The notes under the pieces are model-generated. The model worked only from the letters and a program-made list of their open reading frames with translations. It searched no databases and was not told where the DNA came from. From a virus: a stretch of DNA of 64,000 nt. The stretch lies in IMG/VR virus record IMGVR_UViG_3300042549_005813; one strand, 5' to 3'. Positions 47,871 to 56,264 of the stretch are shown one piece after another (the first letter of the stretch is position 1; each line of letters begins with the position of its first letter). The position numbers were made by a program, and so were the translations under genes.

Positions 47871-48827
47871 ATGGCAACACCAGATATAAACAGTTCAATT
47901 GCAATTTCTCAAATTAATACTGAGGTTGGTAGAGCTGCAACCACAGCAAGTACGAGCTTAAACTTTTTAAATGGATTTTTGAAACCTGCTGGCACATTGG
48001 TGTTGAATCCCGGTGGTACAGTATCAACACCTAGTCCACAAAGGCAGTCAAATCCACAGAATATGAACGTATATCGTGGTGGTTTAACTCATTACCAAAA
48101 AAATAATGGTGGCAATTGTAATAATGTAAACAATAAAGAACAGAATTGTAGTGTTTCTGGTTCTTCAAGTATTCAATGTAATGCAACAAATAACTGCACT
48201 GCAATTAACTGTGCTAATTGTGATACACAAAAATGGTTACAAAGCGGAAATTGCCAATTGGCAACCACACCAGTATACAACTGCACGAACAACCAAAATT
48301 GTTTCACCTATAATTGTAATTGTTCTAAAATTATTTGTACCAAGTTGTTTGATTTGGGATTGATGAAGAAAAACATTTTTGTGGCTGACCAAGCATTTGG
48401 TGAACAATTAAAGAAAACACATCCGGATATATACAATGGTTATCGTGCATGGGCTGAGATTGTTGTTGATTGGATGGACGGTAAAGGACCTAAGATGATG
48501 CCTTGGATGTCCGATGAAGATTTTAGTGTTGCTGCAAAAAAGTGGTCTATCACATGGGCACATGATATTGCAACACCTTGGGCTGAAGAAATGGCCTATA
48601 TGATGGGTGAAAAAGAAACTGGTAGTTTGACTGGTAAAATGATGTTTGCATTTGGTACACCAATCTGTAAAGTTATTGGTGTGTGGCAACGCTGGTTTGG
48701 ACCAAGTAAGAAAGAACCCGGTTTTATTAAAGGTGCGGGCCTTGTTGTAATTTTTGTTATGTTCAAATTGGTTGCTGAACTTGGACGTTTTATTGAAAAA
48801 TTTATTCCAAAGAAGAAGGTTGCATAA
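47871..48827 (+). CDS. Asn-Cys repeat protein, putative modified substrate/precursor
   Basis: aa 78-156 hold 12 Cys, 10 of them as Asn-Cys; followed by a KIICT-initiated domain, a C-terminal hydrophobic helix and a basic tail. Confidence 0.7.
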   Translation: MATPDINSSIAISQINTEVGRAATTASTSLNFLNGFLKPAGTLVLNPGGTVSTPSPQRQSNPQNMNVYRGGLTHYQKNNGGNCNNVNNKEQNCSVSGSSSIQCNATNNCTAINCANCDTQKWLQSGNCQLATTPVYNCTNNQNCFTYNCNCSKIICTKLFDLGLMKKNIFVADQAFGEQLKKTHPDIYNGYRAWAEIVVDWMDGKGPKMMPWMSDEDFSVAAKKWSITWAHDIATPWAEEMAYMMGEKETGSLTGKMMFAFGTPICKVIGVWQRWFGPSKKEPGFIKGAGLVVIFVMFKLVAELGRFIEKFIPKKKVA

Positions 48828-49120
48828 TGCCAACATATTCCATTAAAAGACCGGTTAAAATTTTAACGGATGATAGTGCAAAATATGTTGATGAACATAT
48901 GACTTTTTTCTTTAATACATTCAGTTCAAATGCGTTTAATGCTTTAAACAAAGAAAAAAAGGAACGTGTTTATAAAGCACTAACTTACCATGAAAACATA
49001 TTAATTAAGTTGTTTGGAAATTCGTTGTTAAAGAGTGATGTTTTTCTCCCAGAATTATTAAGAAATTCAGTAGATGTAATACAAGTTCATGAATATAAAG
49101 AATGGTTGGATAAACAATGA
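48827..49120 (+). CDS. hypothetical protein (paralog of next ORF)
   Basis: NALNKEKKERVY...ILIKLF...EYKEWLDKQ. Confidence 0.55.
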   Translation: MPTYSIKRPVKILTDDSAKYVDEHMTFFFNTFSSNAFNALNKEKKERVYKALTYHENILIKLFGNSLLKSDVFLPELLRNSVDVIQVHEYKEWLDKQ

Positions 49121-49497
49121 AAAAATATTCTTACACATATTTTCCGACCATAAAAACTTATGAAGGTGATAATATATTATTGGATACTAAAGTTATTTCA
49201 GATTTTTTAAAAAAAACTTTTATGGAAAGAATTTTAAATTTAACTGAAGAAGAAAAAAATGAATATTTTACTGTAGCTTATGAGTATGAAGATGTATTGA
49301 CGGAACTTTTTGATTCTCAAGTAGAAAAAGTGGTACAAGCTAATTGGACAATGGATCCATTATACAGAAATCCAATAGAAGAATATGAAAATTATGTATC
49401 ATTACCAAAAGATGAGGATTTAACAGATGAGGAACATGAGTTGAAATTACAAGTATTAAAAGAATTTAAAGAATGGTTTGAAAAACAAAACTATTGA
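49117..49497 (+). CDS. hypothetical protein (paralog of previous ORF)
   Basis: LNLTEEEKNEYF...VLTELF...EFKEWFEKQ. Confidence 0.55.
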   Translation: MKKYSYTYFPTIKTYEGDNILLDTKVISDFLKKTFMERILNLTEEEKNEYFTVAYEYEDVLTELFDSQVEKVVQANWTMDPLYRNPIEEYENYVSLPKDEDLTDEEHELKLQVLKEFKEWFEKQNY

Positions 49498-49506
49498 TTT
49501 TTTATT

Positions 49507-50214
49507 ATGACACAAAATATTATGACAAGAGAAGACAGAGAAAAATACCATTGGTATCAAAATGCACAGAACATGTTTTGGCAAAGTCCAATTTGGGAAG
49601 TACAAACACGTTTTGATGAAGAATTTAATGAAACTCTGTTAGATGAAATTTATGGTATCGGCAAAGATATCGTATTGGGTAAAGACAAAGACCCAAACAA
49701 CAGTATATGGGACTACAGTAGACCCAACTTAGATATACTTAAACAAGAAATTATAGACATTGTAACCAAGAAAATTGTGCAAAATATTCCACAACTCAGA
49801 ATGTTAAATATTCGTGGTTGTGAACACTTCATGGGTTGGGTCAATGTGCGTGAACCAGGAGAACGCTTAGAGGTGCATGGACACACCGAATCTGCTATCG
49901 CAGCAACGTATTACATAAAGGCTAAAGAAGGTTGTGGTGACCTTGTGGCGTTTGATTCTGCACAAGCAATTGATTGGTTAAATAATACTCTAAGTAACAC
50001 ACCAAAATTGCGAGAACGTAGGTTTAAACCAGTTGAAGGTAGATTGATATTTTTTCCATCATATGTTTTGCATGGCGTTGATGAAAATAAATCTGATGAT
50101 TTACGCATTTCATTGTCAACCGACCTAAGAAAAGTTGTAGACAAAAATGCACAGAATACGGTAATTTTAAAATCGTGGGCTGGCCGCATGGCAAAAATTA
50201 GAGAATGGAAATAA
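49507..50214 (+). CDS. 2OG-Fe(II) oxygenase (TIGR02466-like)
   Basis: WVN...HGH...YY...PVEGRLIFFPSYVLHGV..N.S...RISLS. Confidence 0.85.
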   Translation: MTQNIMTREDREKYHWYQNAQNMFWQSPIWEVQTRFDEEFNETLLDEIYGIGKDIVLGKDKDPNNSIWDYSRPNLDILKQEIIDIVTKKIVQNIPQLRMLNIRGCEHFMGWVNVREPGERLEVHGHTESAIAATYYIKAKEGCGDLVAFDSAQAIDWLNNTLSNTPKLRERRFKPVEGRLIFFPSYVLHGVDENKSDDLRISLSTDLRKVVDKNAQNTVILKSWAGRMAKIREWK

Positions 50215-50744
50215 TGTTTACAAAACTGGAAACAAATTTTGAAAAACCATTATATGCAGTTACCGACCCACTAAAAAATTTCAAACATGAAGGTAAAGGT
50301 ATCGACTATAAAAAGATATGGTCACCTGAGGCTGACAAAATATATGGTGTGATACCAAAAAGGTACTGGCAGGATTTTCACTTGACAGTAATGACGATTG
50401 ACTGTATAATCCCACCACATACGGATACGGAAATTATTACTTCAATCAACTTTTACCTACAAACAGAAAGTTGTACAACTACATTCTATAGACCAAAAGT
50501 TGGTAATCCACGAACATTGCAGGTGGATAATCAAACCGATGGGTATATATATTTTGAAGAAGATTTGATTGAAGTTGGTAGTTTTGTTGCTAAAGATTAT
50601 GAGATTTGGTTACTTGATGTAAGTCAAATACATGGCGTTAAAGGTGAATTCAATTTACGTAAAGCCATTACCTTAGGAACTTTTGTTCATAAGTATGAGG
50701 ATGTACTAGAGATGCTAAAGGAAACCAATAATGTCGTTTGTTAA
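50205..50744 (+). CDS. 2OG-Fe(II)/cupin-type oxygenase
   Basis: IPPHTD...SINFY...LLDVSQIHGV...R (HxD...H). Confidence 0.7.
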   Translation: MEIMFTKLETNFEKPLYAVTDPLKNFKHEGKGIDYKKIWSPEADKIYGVIPKRYWQDFHLTVMTIDCIIPPHTDTEIITSINFYLQTESCTTTFYRPKVGNPRTLQVDNQTDGYIYFEEDLIEVGSFVAKDYEIWLLDVSQIHGVKGEFNLRKAITLGTFVHKYEDVLEMLKETNNVVC

Positions 50745-51399
50745 ATTGAAACACACATATGAATATATGCCACACACAATCATACCACAAGGTCGAGCAG
50801 ATTCATTTGCCGGCAAATATGGATTAGGTGTAAGACATAATACAATTTGGACACCAGAACCAGAAAAAGAAGTATTGTATAAGGTTGTACCGGAAAGATA
50901 TTGGAAAGATTTTCAAGTAACCAGAATGTCAATTAATAGTTTATTGTTACCACACGTTGATAATGACTTCATAACAACAATCAATTTTTATTATGACCCA
51001 CAAAATTATAGAACGGTCTTTTTCAGAGCAAAACTAGGAGCAAATTCTTGGAAAACAGAAGAAGATAGACACTATGATGTGTCTGTAAATATGAAAGATG
51101 AAAAAGTTAATGTTGAAGAATTAAAAACTAGAGTTAAAGAGTTTGTGTCTGAAAAACAAAATATGCCAACATGTGAAGAAATAACATATGTTGATGCTGT
51201 ATATACTTTTGATGATGTATATGAAATTGGATCTTTTATTGCTCAACCTAGTGAAGCATATTTGTTAGATGTGAGAATACCACATAATGTTGAACCATTA
51301 GGCGGCGAAGCAAAACTTAGAAAGGCATTTGCACTTAGAACTAAATTGTATGATTATGGCCAAGTGTATGAAATGTTACAAGAAACTGGAAACTTATAA
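50731..51399 (+). CDS. 2OG-Fe(II)/cupin-type oxygenase (paralog of previous)
   Basis: LLPHVD...TINFY...LLDVRIPHNV...R. Confidence 0.7.
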   Translation: MSFVKLKHTYEYMPHTIIPQGRADSFAGKYGLGVRHNTIWTPEPEKEVLYKVVPERYWKDFQVTRMSINSLLLPHVDNDFITTINFYYDPQNYRTVFFRAKLGANSWKTEEDRHYDVSVNMKDEKVNVEELKTRVKEFVSEKQNMPTCEEITYVDAVYTFDDVYEIGSFIAQPSEAYLLDVRIPHNVEPLGGEAKLRKAFALRTKLYDYGQVYEMLQETGNL

Positions 51400-51409
51400 A
51401 GGATAATAA

Positions 51410-52204
51410 ATGTTTTTCGAAAAATTAGACTATACAGTAGATATTGAAAAATTAAAACAAGAAGTGAGAGAAAGTGTTTTCACTTTAGGTGACCAAGTTA
51501 TACAAGGTGAAGAATATGAAACTCCAAAATACAATGGTTTTGGTGGTTGGAGTTTAATGTGTAAAGAAGCTACATGGACTGGCGGTTGGGAAGCTGTTCA
51601 ACTGGAAAAAGGACAAACACTAGAATCCTTTTTACCAACAAATGAACTGGTACTAAAAGCTTACAAATACTTTAATATTTCTCATGGATTAGAACATGAT
51701 AAACCAACTGAAGCTTATGTTGGTGAAATTAAAAAAGTAATGGACGACATTCGTGAAATGGGTTTTTATCCAACCAGAGTTAGGGTTACTTGTTTAAAAG
51801 CACACTCAAAAAGTTTGGTGCATAGAGATGCTGAAGAAACAGAATATATGGCACGTATTCATATTCCATTATTTACGAATAAAAAGTGTGTGCATATTTG
51901 TCAAGGTAAAAACTTACATATGCCAGCAGATGGTGGTGTTTGGATGCTTTGGGTGAATCAATGGCACCAAATTAGAAATGATTCGGATGAGGATAGATAT
52001 CATATCATCATGGATGCTTATGATACAAAAAAAGTAACAAAATTCTTTAATTATGCCGGTGATTTTGAACAATTACAGGATTACGTCAGAGGATTCCGAG
52101 AAAAAATTGATGAGGTTGAATTAACCGATGAAGATATTGATTTTTTTGAGGCAATTAGAGAACGATATGTTACCAAAAAAGTTAGAGATAATGAATTTAT
52201 TTAA
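51410..52204 (+). CDS. aspartyl/asparaginyl beta-hydroxylase family protein
   Basis: HRD...RIHIPL.TN...HMPADG...NQWHQIRN.SDEDRYHIIMD. Confidence 0.8.
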   Translation: MFFEKLDYTVDIEKLKQEVRESVFTLGDQVIQGEEYETPKYNGFGGWSLMCKEATWTGGWEAVQLEKGQTLESFLPTNELVLKAYKYFNISHGLEHDKPTEAYVGEIKKVMDDIREMGFYPTRVRVTCLKAHSKSLVHRDAEETEYMARIHIPLFTNKKCVHICQGKNLHMPADGGVWMLWVNQWHQIRNDSDEDRYHIIMDAYDTKKVTKFFNYAGDFEQLQDYVRGFREKIDEVELTDEDIDFFEAIRERYVTKKVRDNEFI

Positions 52205-52207
52205 ATT

Positions 52208-53722
52208 ATGACAGATACACATGGAATTATTTTCACCGGCATGGAGAGGACTAGAACAATTAGTCGACCAGCTGGTGCAGCAAGATTAAGAACAGTTTTA
52301 GACCAACATGGTTACAACGTTGAAGTTGTTGACTATTTTGGTAATTTCACAGATGAAGAACTTGAAACAATCTGCGCTAGATTTATTGGACCAAAAACTT
52401 TGTTTGTTGGTATTAGTATTACATTCATCTATGCATTTGATAAATTAAATAAAATATTCAAACACGTTAAAGAAAAATATCCACACGTAAAAACGCTGAT
52501 TGGTGGCAATGAAACACCAATTGATGGTGTAGATTTGACTCAAGTTGATAGGGTGTTTTGGGGTTATGCTGAAGAAGCGGTATTACACTATCTAAAATTT
52601 TTAACCAAGAAACGTTTAGATGATTTAAAATGGGTGCCATACAGAGATACACTTTCTATCAATGCAGAAATGGCATATAAGAATGATGATACGGATTTAT
52701 CTATTAAGTGGTTAGAGAGTGATTTAATCAAAAATAATTTTTTGCCTATTGAAATTAGTAGAGGATGTATTTTTAGGTGTAGATTCTGTGCATTCCCTTT
52801 GTTAGGTAAAAAGAAGAATGATTACATTCGTCATGTGGATAATTTGGCAGATGAATTTCGTAGAAATTATGAATTGTTTGGTGTTAACAACTATTGGTTC
52901 AATGATGATACATTTAACGACAACGTGGTCAAATTGGATTATGTTGCTGAGGCAATCGCCAAGAGTGGTGTTAAGATAACTTACACAGCATTTTTACGTG
53001 CAGATTTGATTGAGAGATTTCCTGAAACTATTTCTATGTTGGCTGATACTGGTTTGGTTGCTGCAACATTTGGTTTGGAAACTTTTCATCCAGAAGCGAA
53101 GAAAGCAATTGGAAAAGGCCTAGATAATGAGAGACAGTTTGAAGCAATTCGACAATTAAAAAAATATAAACCAATCTACACATATACGGGTATGATATGT
53201 GGTTTGCCTGGTGAACCTATATCGAGTGTTTACAAAAGTCAAAAGATATTGTTGGAACAAAATTTTGAAGTGTTTGATAATTGGGATTGGTGGCCTTTGT
53301 TAATTAGAAAAGGTTCTGTAAGTCGCCTAAGTGAATTTGAAAAGGAATGTGGAAAGTGGGGTTACACTGAAATGTCACCCGATGAATATACAATTTCAAA
53401 AGAGGATGATGATATGAGATATGGTGGAGATAGTGGTATAATGGCTTGGAAAAGTAAATACTCTAATTACTTTACGGCAAGAATCATTACAGCATTGTTG
53501 AATAATGAAACAGAGGAGCATCGTATTGCTGCTGGTAAATCCATTTATGGAAATGCCAACAAAGGTGTTAGTATTAACCATGATGTATTTGAATTGGTTG
53601 GTATGGGTATTGATATAAAAGATATTATTGACGGAACATTTGATAAAACTTTTTTGAATAAAAAAATTGAAGAAGCGGATCAAACTATCCTTGAATACAA
53701 AAAATTAAAGTTAGGATTATAA
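52208..53722 (+). CDS. cobalamin-binding-type radical SAM protein (class B methyltransferase-like)
   Basis: N-terminal RPAGAARL...GYNVEVVD...IGG domain; EISRGCIFRCRFC; DDTFND; FLRADL; GLETF; GLPGE. Confidence 0.85.
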   Translation: MTDTHGIIFTGMERTRTISRPAGAARLRTVLDQHGYNVEVVDYFGNFTDEELETICARFIGPKTLFVGISITFIYAFDKLNKIFKHVKEKYPHVKTLIGGNETPIDGVDLTQVDRVFWGYAEEAVLHYLKFLTKKRLDDLKWVPYRDTLSINAEMAYKNDDTDLSIKWLESDLIKNNFLPIEISRGCIFRCRFCAFPLLGKKKNDYIRHVDNLADEFRRNYELFGVNNYWFNDDTFNDNVVKLDYVAEAIAKSGVKITYTAFLRADLIERFPETISMLADTGLVAATFGLETFHPEAKKAIGKGLDNERQFEAIRQLKKYKPIYTYTGMICGLPGEPISSVYKSQKILLEQNFEVFDNWDWWPLLIRKGSVSRLSEFEKECGKWGYTEMSPDEYTISKEDDDMRYGGDSGIMAWKSKYSNYFTARIITALLNNETEEHRIAAGKSIYGNANKGVSINHDVFELVGMGIDIKDIIDGTFDKTFLNKKIEEADQTILEYKKLKLGL

Positions 53723-54381
53723 TGTTCATTTATTGCCCACCAAAAGAGATTCCAAAAATTGAATCTCAAACTTTTCCTGACGGGAAAAGATATTATGTCA
53801 CGCCTGATGGTAAAAAGTTACCATCGGTGACCACAGTGGTGGGTGCTCAGAAAAAAGAGGCCATCATGGCATGGCGCCGTAGAGTTGGTGAAGAAGTTGC
53901 AAACAAAATCTCCAAACATGCTACATCCCGTGGTACCAATATGCATACCATGTGTGAATATTATTTGAACAATGAAACAAAACCACCAGGCACTGTTATG
54001 CCTGATGCCAAAGAGATGTTCATATCAATCAAACCACATCTAAACAAAATCAATAACATACACTACCAAGAGGTCGGACTGTGGTCTGCACAACTAGGAT
54101 TAGCAGGTCGTGTAGATTGCATTGGTGAGTATGAAGGTAAGTTATCAGTCATTGATTTTAAAACATCAAAGAAGATTAAAAAGCGTGAAGATATTTTAGA
54201 TTATTTTTGGCAATGTACTGCATATGCATTGATGTATGAAGAATTAGTTGGTACACCTATTGATGATTTGATAATCATTATGGCCGTGGATAACGAACAA
54301 CCAATGATTTTCAAAGAAAAAACACAAGACCATATTGAAGGCCTGGTTAAAGCAATTGATTATTACCATAAAAACAGTTGA
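53722..54381 (+). CDS. PD-(D/E)XK exonuclease (Cas4-like phage exonuclease)
   Basis: PSVTTV, WR.RVG, RGT.MH, AGRVDC, IDFKTS, Q..AYA. Confidence 0.88.
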   Translation: MFIYCPPKEIPKIESQTFPDGKRYYVTPDGKKLPSVTTVVGAQKKEAIMAWRRRVGEEVANKISKHATSRGTNMHTMCEYYLNNETKPPGTVMPDAKEMFISIKPHLNKINNIHYQEVGLWSAQLGLAGRVDCIGEYEGKLSVIDFKTSKKIKKREDILDYFWQCTAYALMYEELVGTPIDDLIIIMAVDNEQPMIFKEKTQDHIEGLVKAIDYYHKNS

Positions 54382-54406
54382 CATGATATTGCGGTTGTGT
54401 TACAAT
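54378..54406 (+). promoter_or_regulatory. sigma70 promoter of tmRNA
   Basis: TTGACA-17-TACAAT. Confidence 0.75.
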
Positions 54407-54412
54407 AATAAA

Positions 54413-54713
54413 TAATGTTATGGTTGTATGAAGCAACTAGAAATGTGTTCTGGACGGGGGTGCGAATCCCCCCAGGTCCACCATAAGCATATTAGTGGTC
54501 TTGAAACCCACAATTCATAGTTAAGTCTATGTGCTAGTATGCTTCTGATGGGCCTGCATAGTTTCGACAGGGCAAATAGTACAGAAGTGGACAGCTCATC
54601 AGAGAAGATGTTAAAACTAAATCAAAGTAAACGCAAACGACTCACAGTTCGCATTGGCAGCCTAAACGCTGACTAGGGTTTCGGTTGGTTTCCTCGTAAC
54701 AGAATAACCAACC
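54413..54713 (+). ncRNA. ssrA: circularly permuted two-piece tmRNA, tag (A)ANDSQFALAA
   Basis: T-arm GGGGG-TGCGAAT-CCCCC plus CAGGTCC-A-CCA (ends 54483) lies upstream of the 5' acceptor strand GGGCCTG (54550); G3:U pair; tag ORF 54633-54665; terminal hairpin 54683-54713. Confidence 0.9.
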
Positions 54714-54726
54714 ACTTAATGGAGGT

Positions 54727-55308
54727 ATGATGCAGTCAATTTGGTGTAGGAATGAAATTAAAATCGCTGATGAATTGATGGAATTGGCACCAAAATTACG
54801 TGATGAATTTTTAGAATATCATAAAGACTTTCACACCACATTTAAAGGCGGTGTATCATATGCTGCATCAAACCCACATGCTGTTTTGGATGAAAAAGAA
54901 AAGAATGATTGGAAGGTTGAAGGACTACGTTATGCATTACCTGAACAAAAGGTTGAACATAATTTCTTTTTACAACCAAGAATACGCAACATATTTCCAA
55001 CCGCATCAACGCTAACACAACAGTATATTGCTCACATTGGTTGTAGTGGTTACAGTGTACTAGAATCAGGTGGTGTTATTAAAAGTCATGTAGACATTGA
55101 GAATCGTTCACGCAACACAGTAAGAATTCATATACCATTAATCATACCAGAAGGTGATGTTGCACTGGAAGTTAATGGTATAAAGCAGGATTGGTCCGAC
55201 TTATTTGCATTTGATAATGCTGAATTGCATAGTGCATATAATAAGACTGATAAAAGGAGACTAATTTATATCATAGATATATCTAAGTCGATTTTGTTTA
55301 ACAACTAG
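54727..55308 (+). CDS. aspartyl/asparaginyl beta-hydroxylase family protein
   Basis: YSVL..GG.IKSHVD...RIHIPL...FDNAELHSAYN.TD.RRLI.IID. Confidence 0.82.
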   Translation: MMQSIWCRNEIKIADELMELAPKLRDEFLEYHKDFHTTFKGGVSYAASNPHAVLDEKEKNDWKVEGLRYALPEQKVEHNFFLQPRIRNIFPTASTLTQQYIAHIGCSGYSVLESGGVIKSHVDIENRSRNTVRIHIPLIIPEGDVALEVNGIKQDWSDLFAFDNAELHSAYNKTDKRRLIYIIDISKSILFNN

Positions 55309-55317
55309 GAGTTAATT

Positions 55318-55860
55318 TTGAAGAAAATCAGTTTAGTTTTGGCCTCTTTGGTCATGAGTGCCGCAGCGATGGCACAAGGTTATGGTTCATTGGAGTATTC
55401 TGATGAAACAAATCGTGCAACAAATGTCTCTAATATTAAAGAAGCAATTGTTATTGGTAATAAAGTTGGTTCTACCGACTATAGCCTTAAAATGGAAAAC
55501 AGCCAAACTGCACTTGGTAGTGGTTCAATTTCACAAGGACTAGAAGTTCGTGTGAAACAATCTATCGGTGCTTTCTACGTTGGTGGACGTTTGGGTGAAA
55601 GAGTAACCAGTTCAACACATTTTAGTCATTATGCAGTTGATGCTGGTGTTAAGTTCCCATTGGTTGCTGGTTTGTCTGGTGATGTTGGTGCTCGTTATCG
55701 TAATGCATTTGATACTACAAACGCATATCAAACGACCCGTGTTCACACAGCAGTCGGTTACGATTTGACCAAACAAGACAAAGTTGCAGTTCGTTGGAGC
55801 CGTTCATATGGTGACGAAGAAAAAGATGCATGGCGTCTACAGTACACACGTAGTTTTTAA
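55318..55860 (+). CDS. outer-membrane beta-barrel (porin-like) protein
   Basis: Signal peptide ending AMA; amphipathic beta strands; C-terminal WRLQYTRSF (BAM signal Phe). Confidence 0.75.
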   Translation: MKKISLVLASLVMSAAAMAQGYGSLEYSDETNRATNVSNIKEAIVIGNKVGSTDYSLKMENSQTALGSGSISQGLEVRVKQSIGAFYVGGRLGERVTSSTHFSHYAVDAGVKFPLVAGLSGDVGARYRNAFDTTNAYQTTRVHTAVGYDLTKQDKVAVRWSRSYGDEEKDAWRLQYTRSF

Positions 55861-55864
55861 TACG

Positions 55865-55872
55865 TATAAATA
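55865..55872 (+). promoter_or_regulatory. T4-type late promoter
   Basis: Exact intergenic TATAAATA followed by a hairpin at 55878-55897. Confidence 0.65.
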
Positions 55873-55941
55873 AGTATATGGGTTCGGTGGGACCCATTTA
55901 AATAATCCACCAACACACTTACACAACACAAGGAGAAAACT

Positions 55942-56220
55942 ATGTCAAACATGACACCCTTTGAAATCCGTCTTGAACTATTAAAAATGGCAAGAGACAT
56001 GTTATATGATTCATACAACGCAGAACGAGACCGTCTACAACAAGACTGGCACATCAAATGCGAAACGGCAAGGTCTAAAGGTGAAATACCACCTGAACAT
56101 CCAGGATTGCCGACCATCCCCTCAGAAACAGACATTATTAGCAAAGCTACATCTTTAAATAGTTTTGTATCTAATACACCGGTAACACCTGAAATCAAGG
56201 TTACCAGAAAAACATCCTGA
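55942..56220 (+). CDS. conserved phage hypothetical protein
   Basis: TPFEIRLELLKMARDML...P....II..A..LN.FVS. Confidence 0.65.
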   Translation: MSNMTPFEIRLELLKMARDMLYDSYNAERDRLQQDWHIKCETARSKGEIPPEHPGLPTIPSETDIISKATSLNSFVSNTPVTPEIKVTRKTS

Positions 56221-56264
56221 GGGTTAAGGGGGTTTTTCCCCCTTTAAACAAACGAGGAGTAGCA

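Noticed and set aside
46385-53722. DNA hypermodification (7-deazaguanine/queuosine-type) cluster
   Set aside because: No QueC/QueD/FolE/DpdA, kinase or glycosyltransferase motifs; the SPASM domain and adjacent Cys/Asn-rich ORF favour a protein substrate, though a nucleotide role for individual oxygenases cannot be excluded.
53722-54381. Cas4/CRISPR system
   Set aside because: A common solo phage PD-(D/E)XK exonuclease; no repeat-spacer array or other cas genes were seen in the window.
54440-54483. Standalone tRNA gene suggested by the T-arm and CCA
   Set aside because: No upstream D/anticodon arms; the matching acceptor strand and a tag ORF lie downstream, so it is the acceptor piece of a permuted tmRNA.
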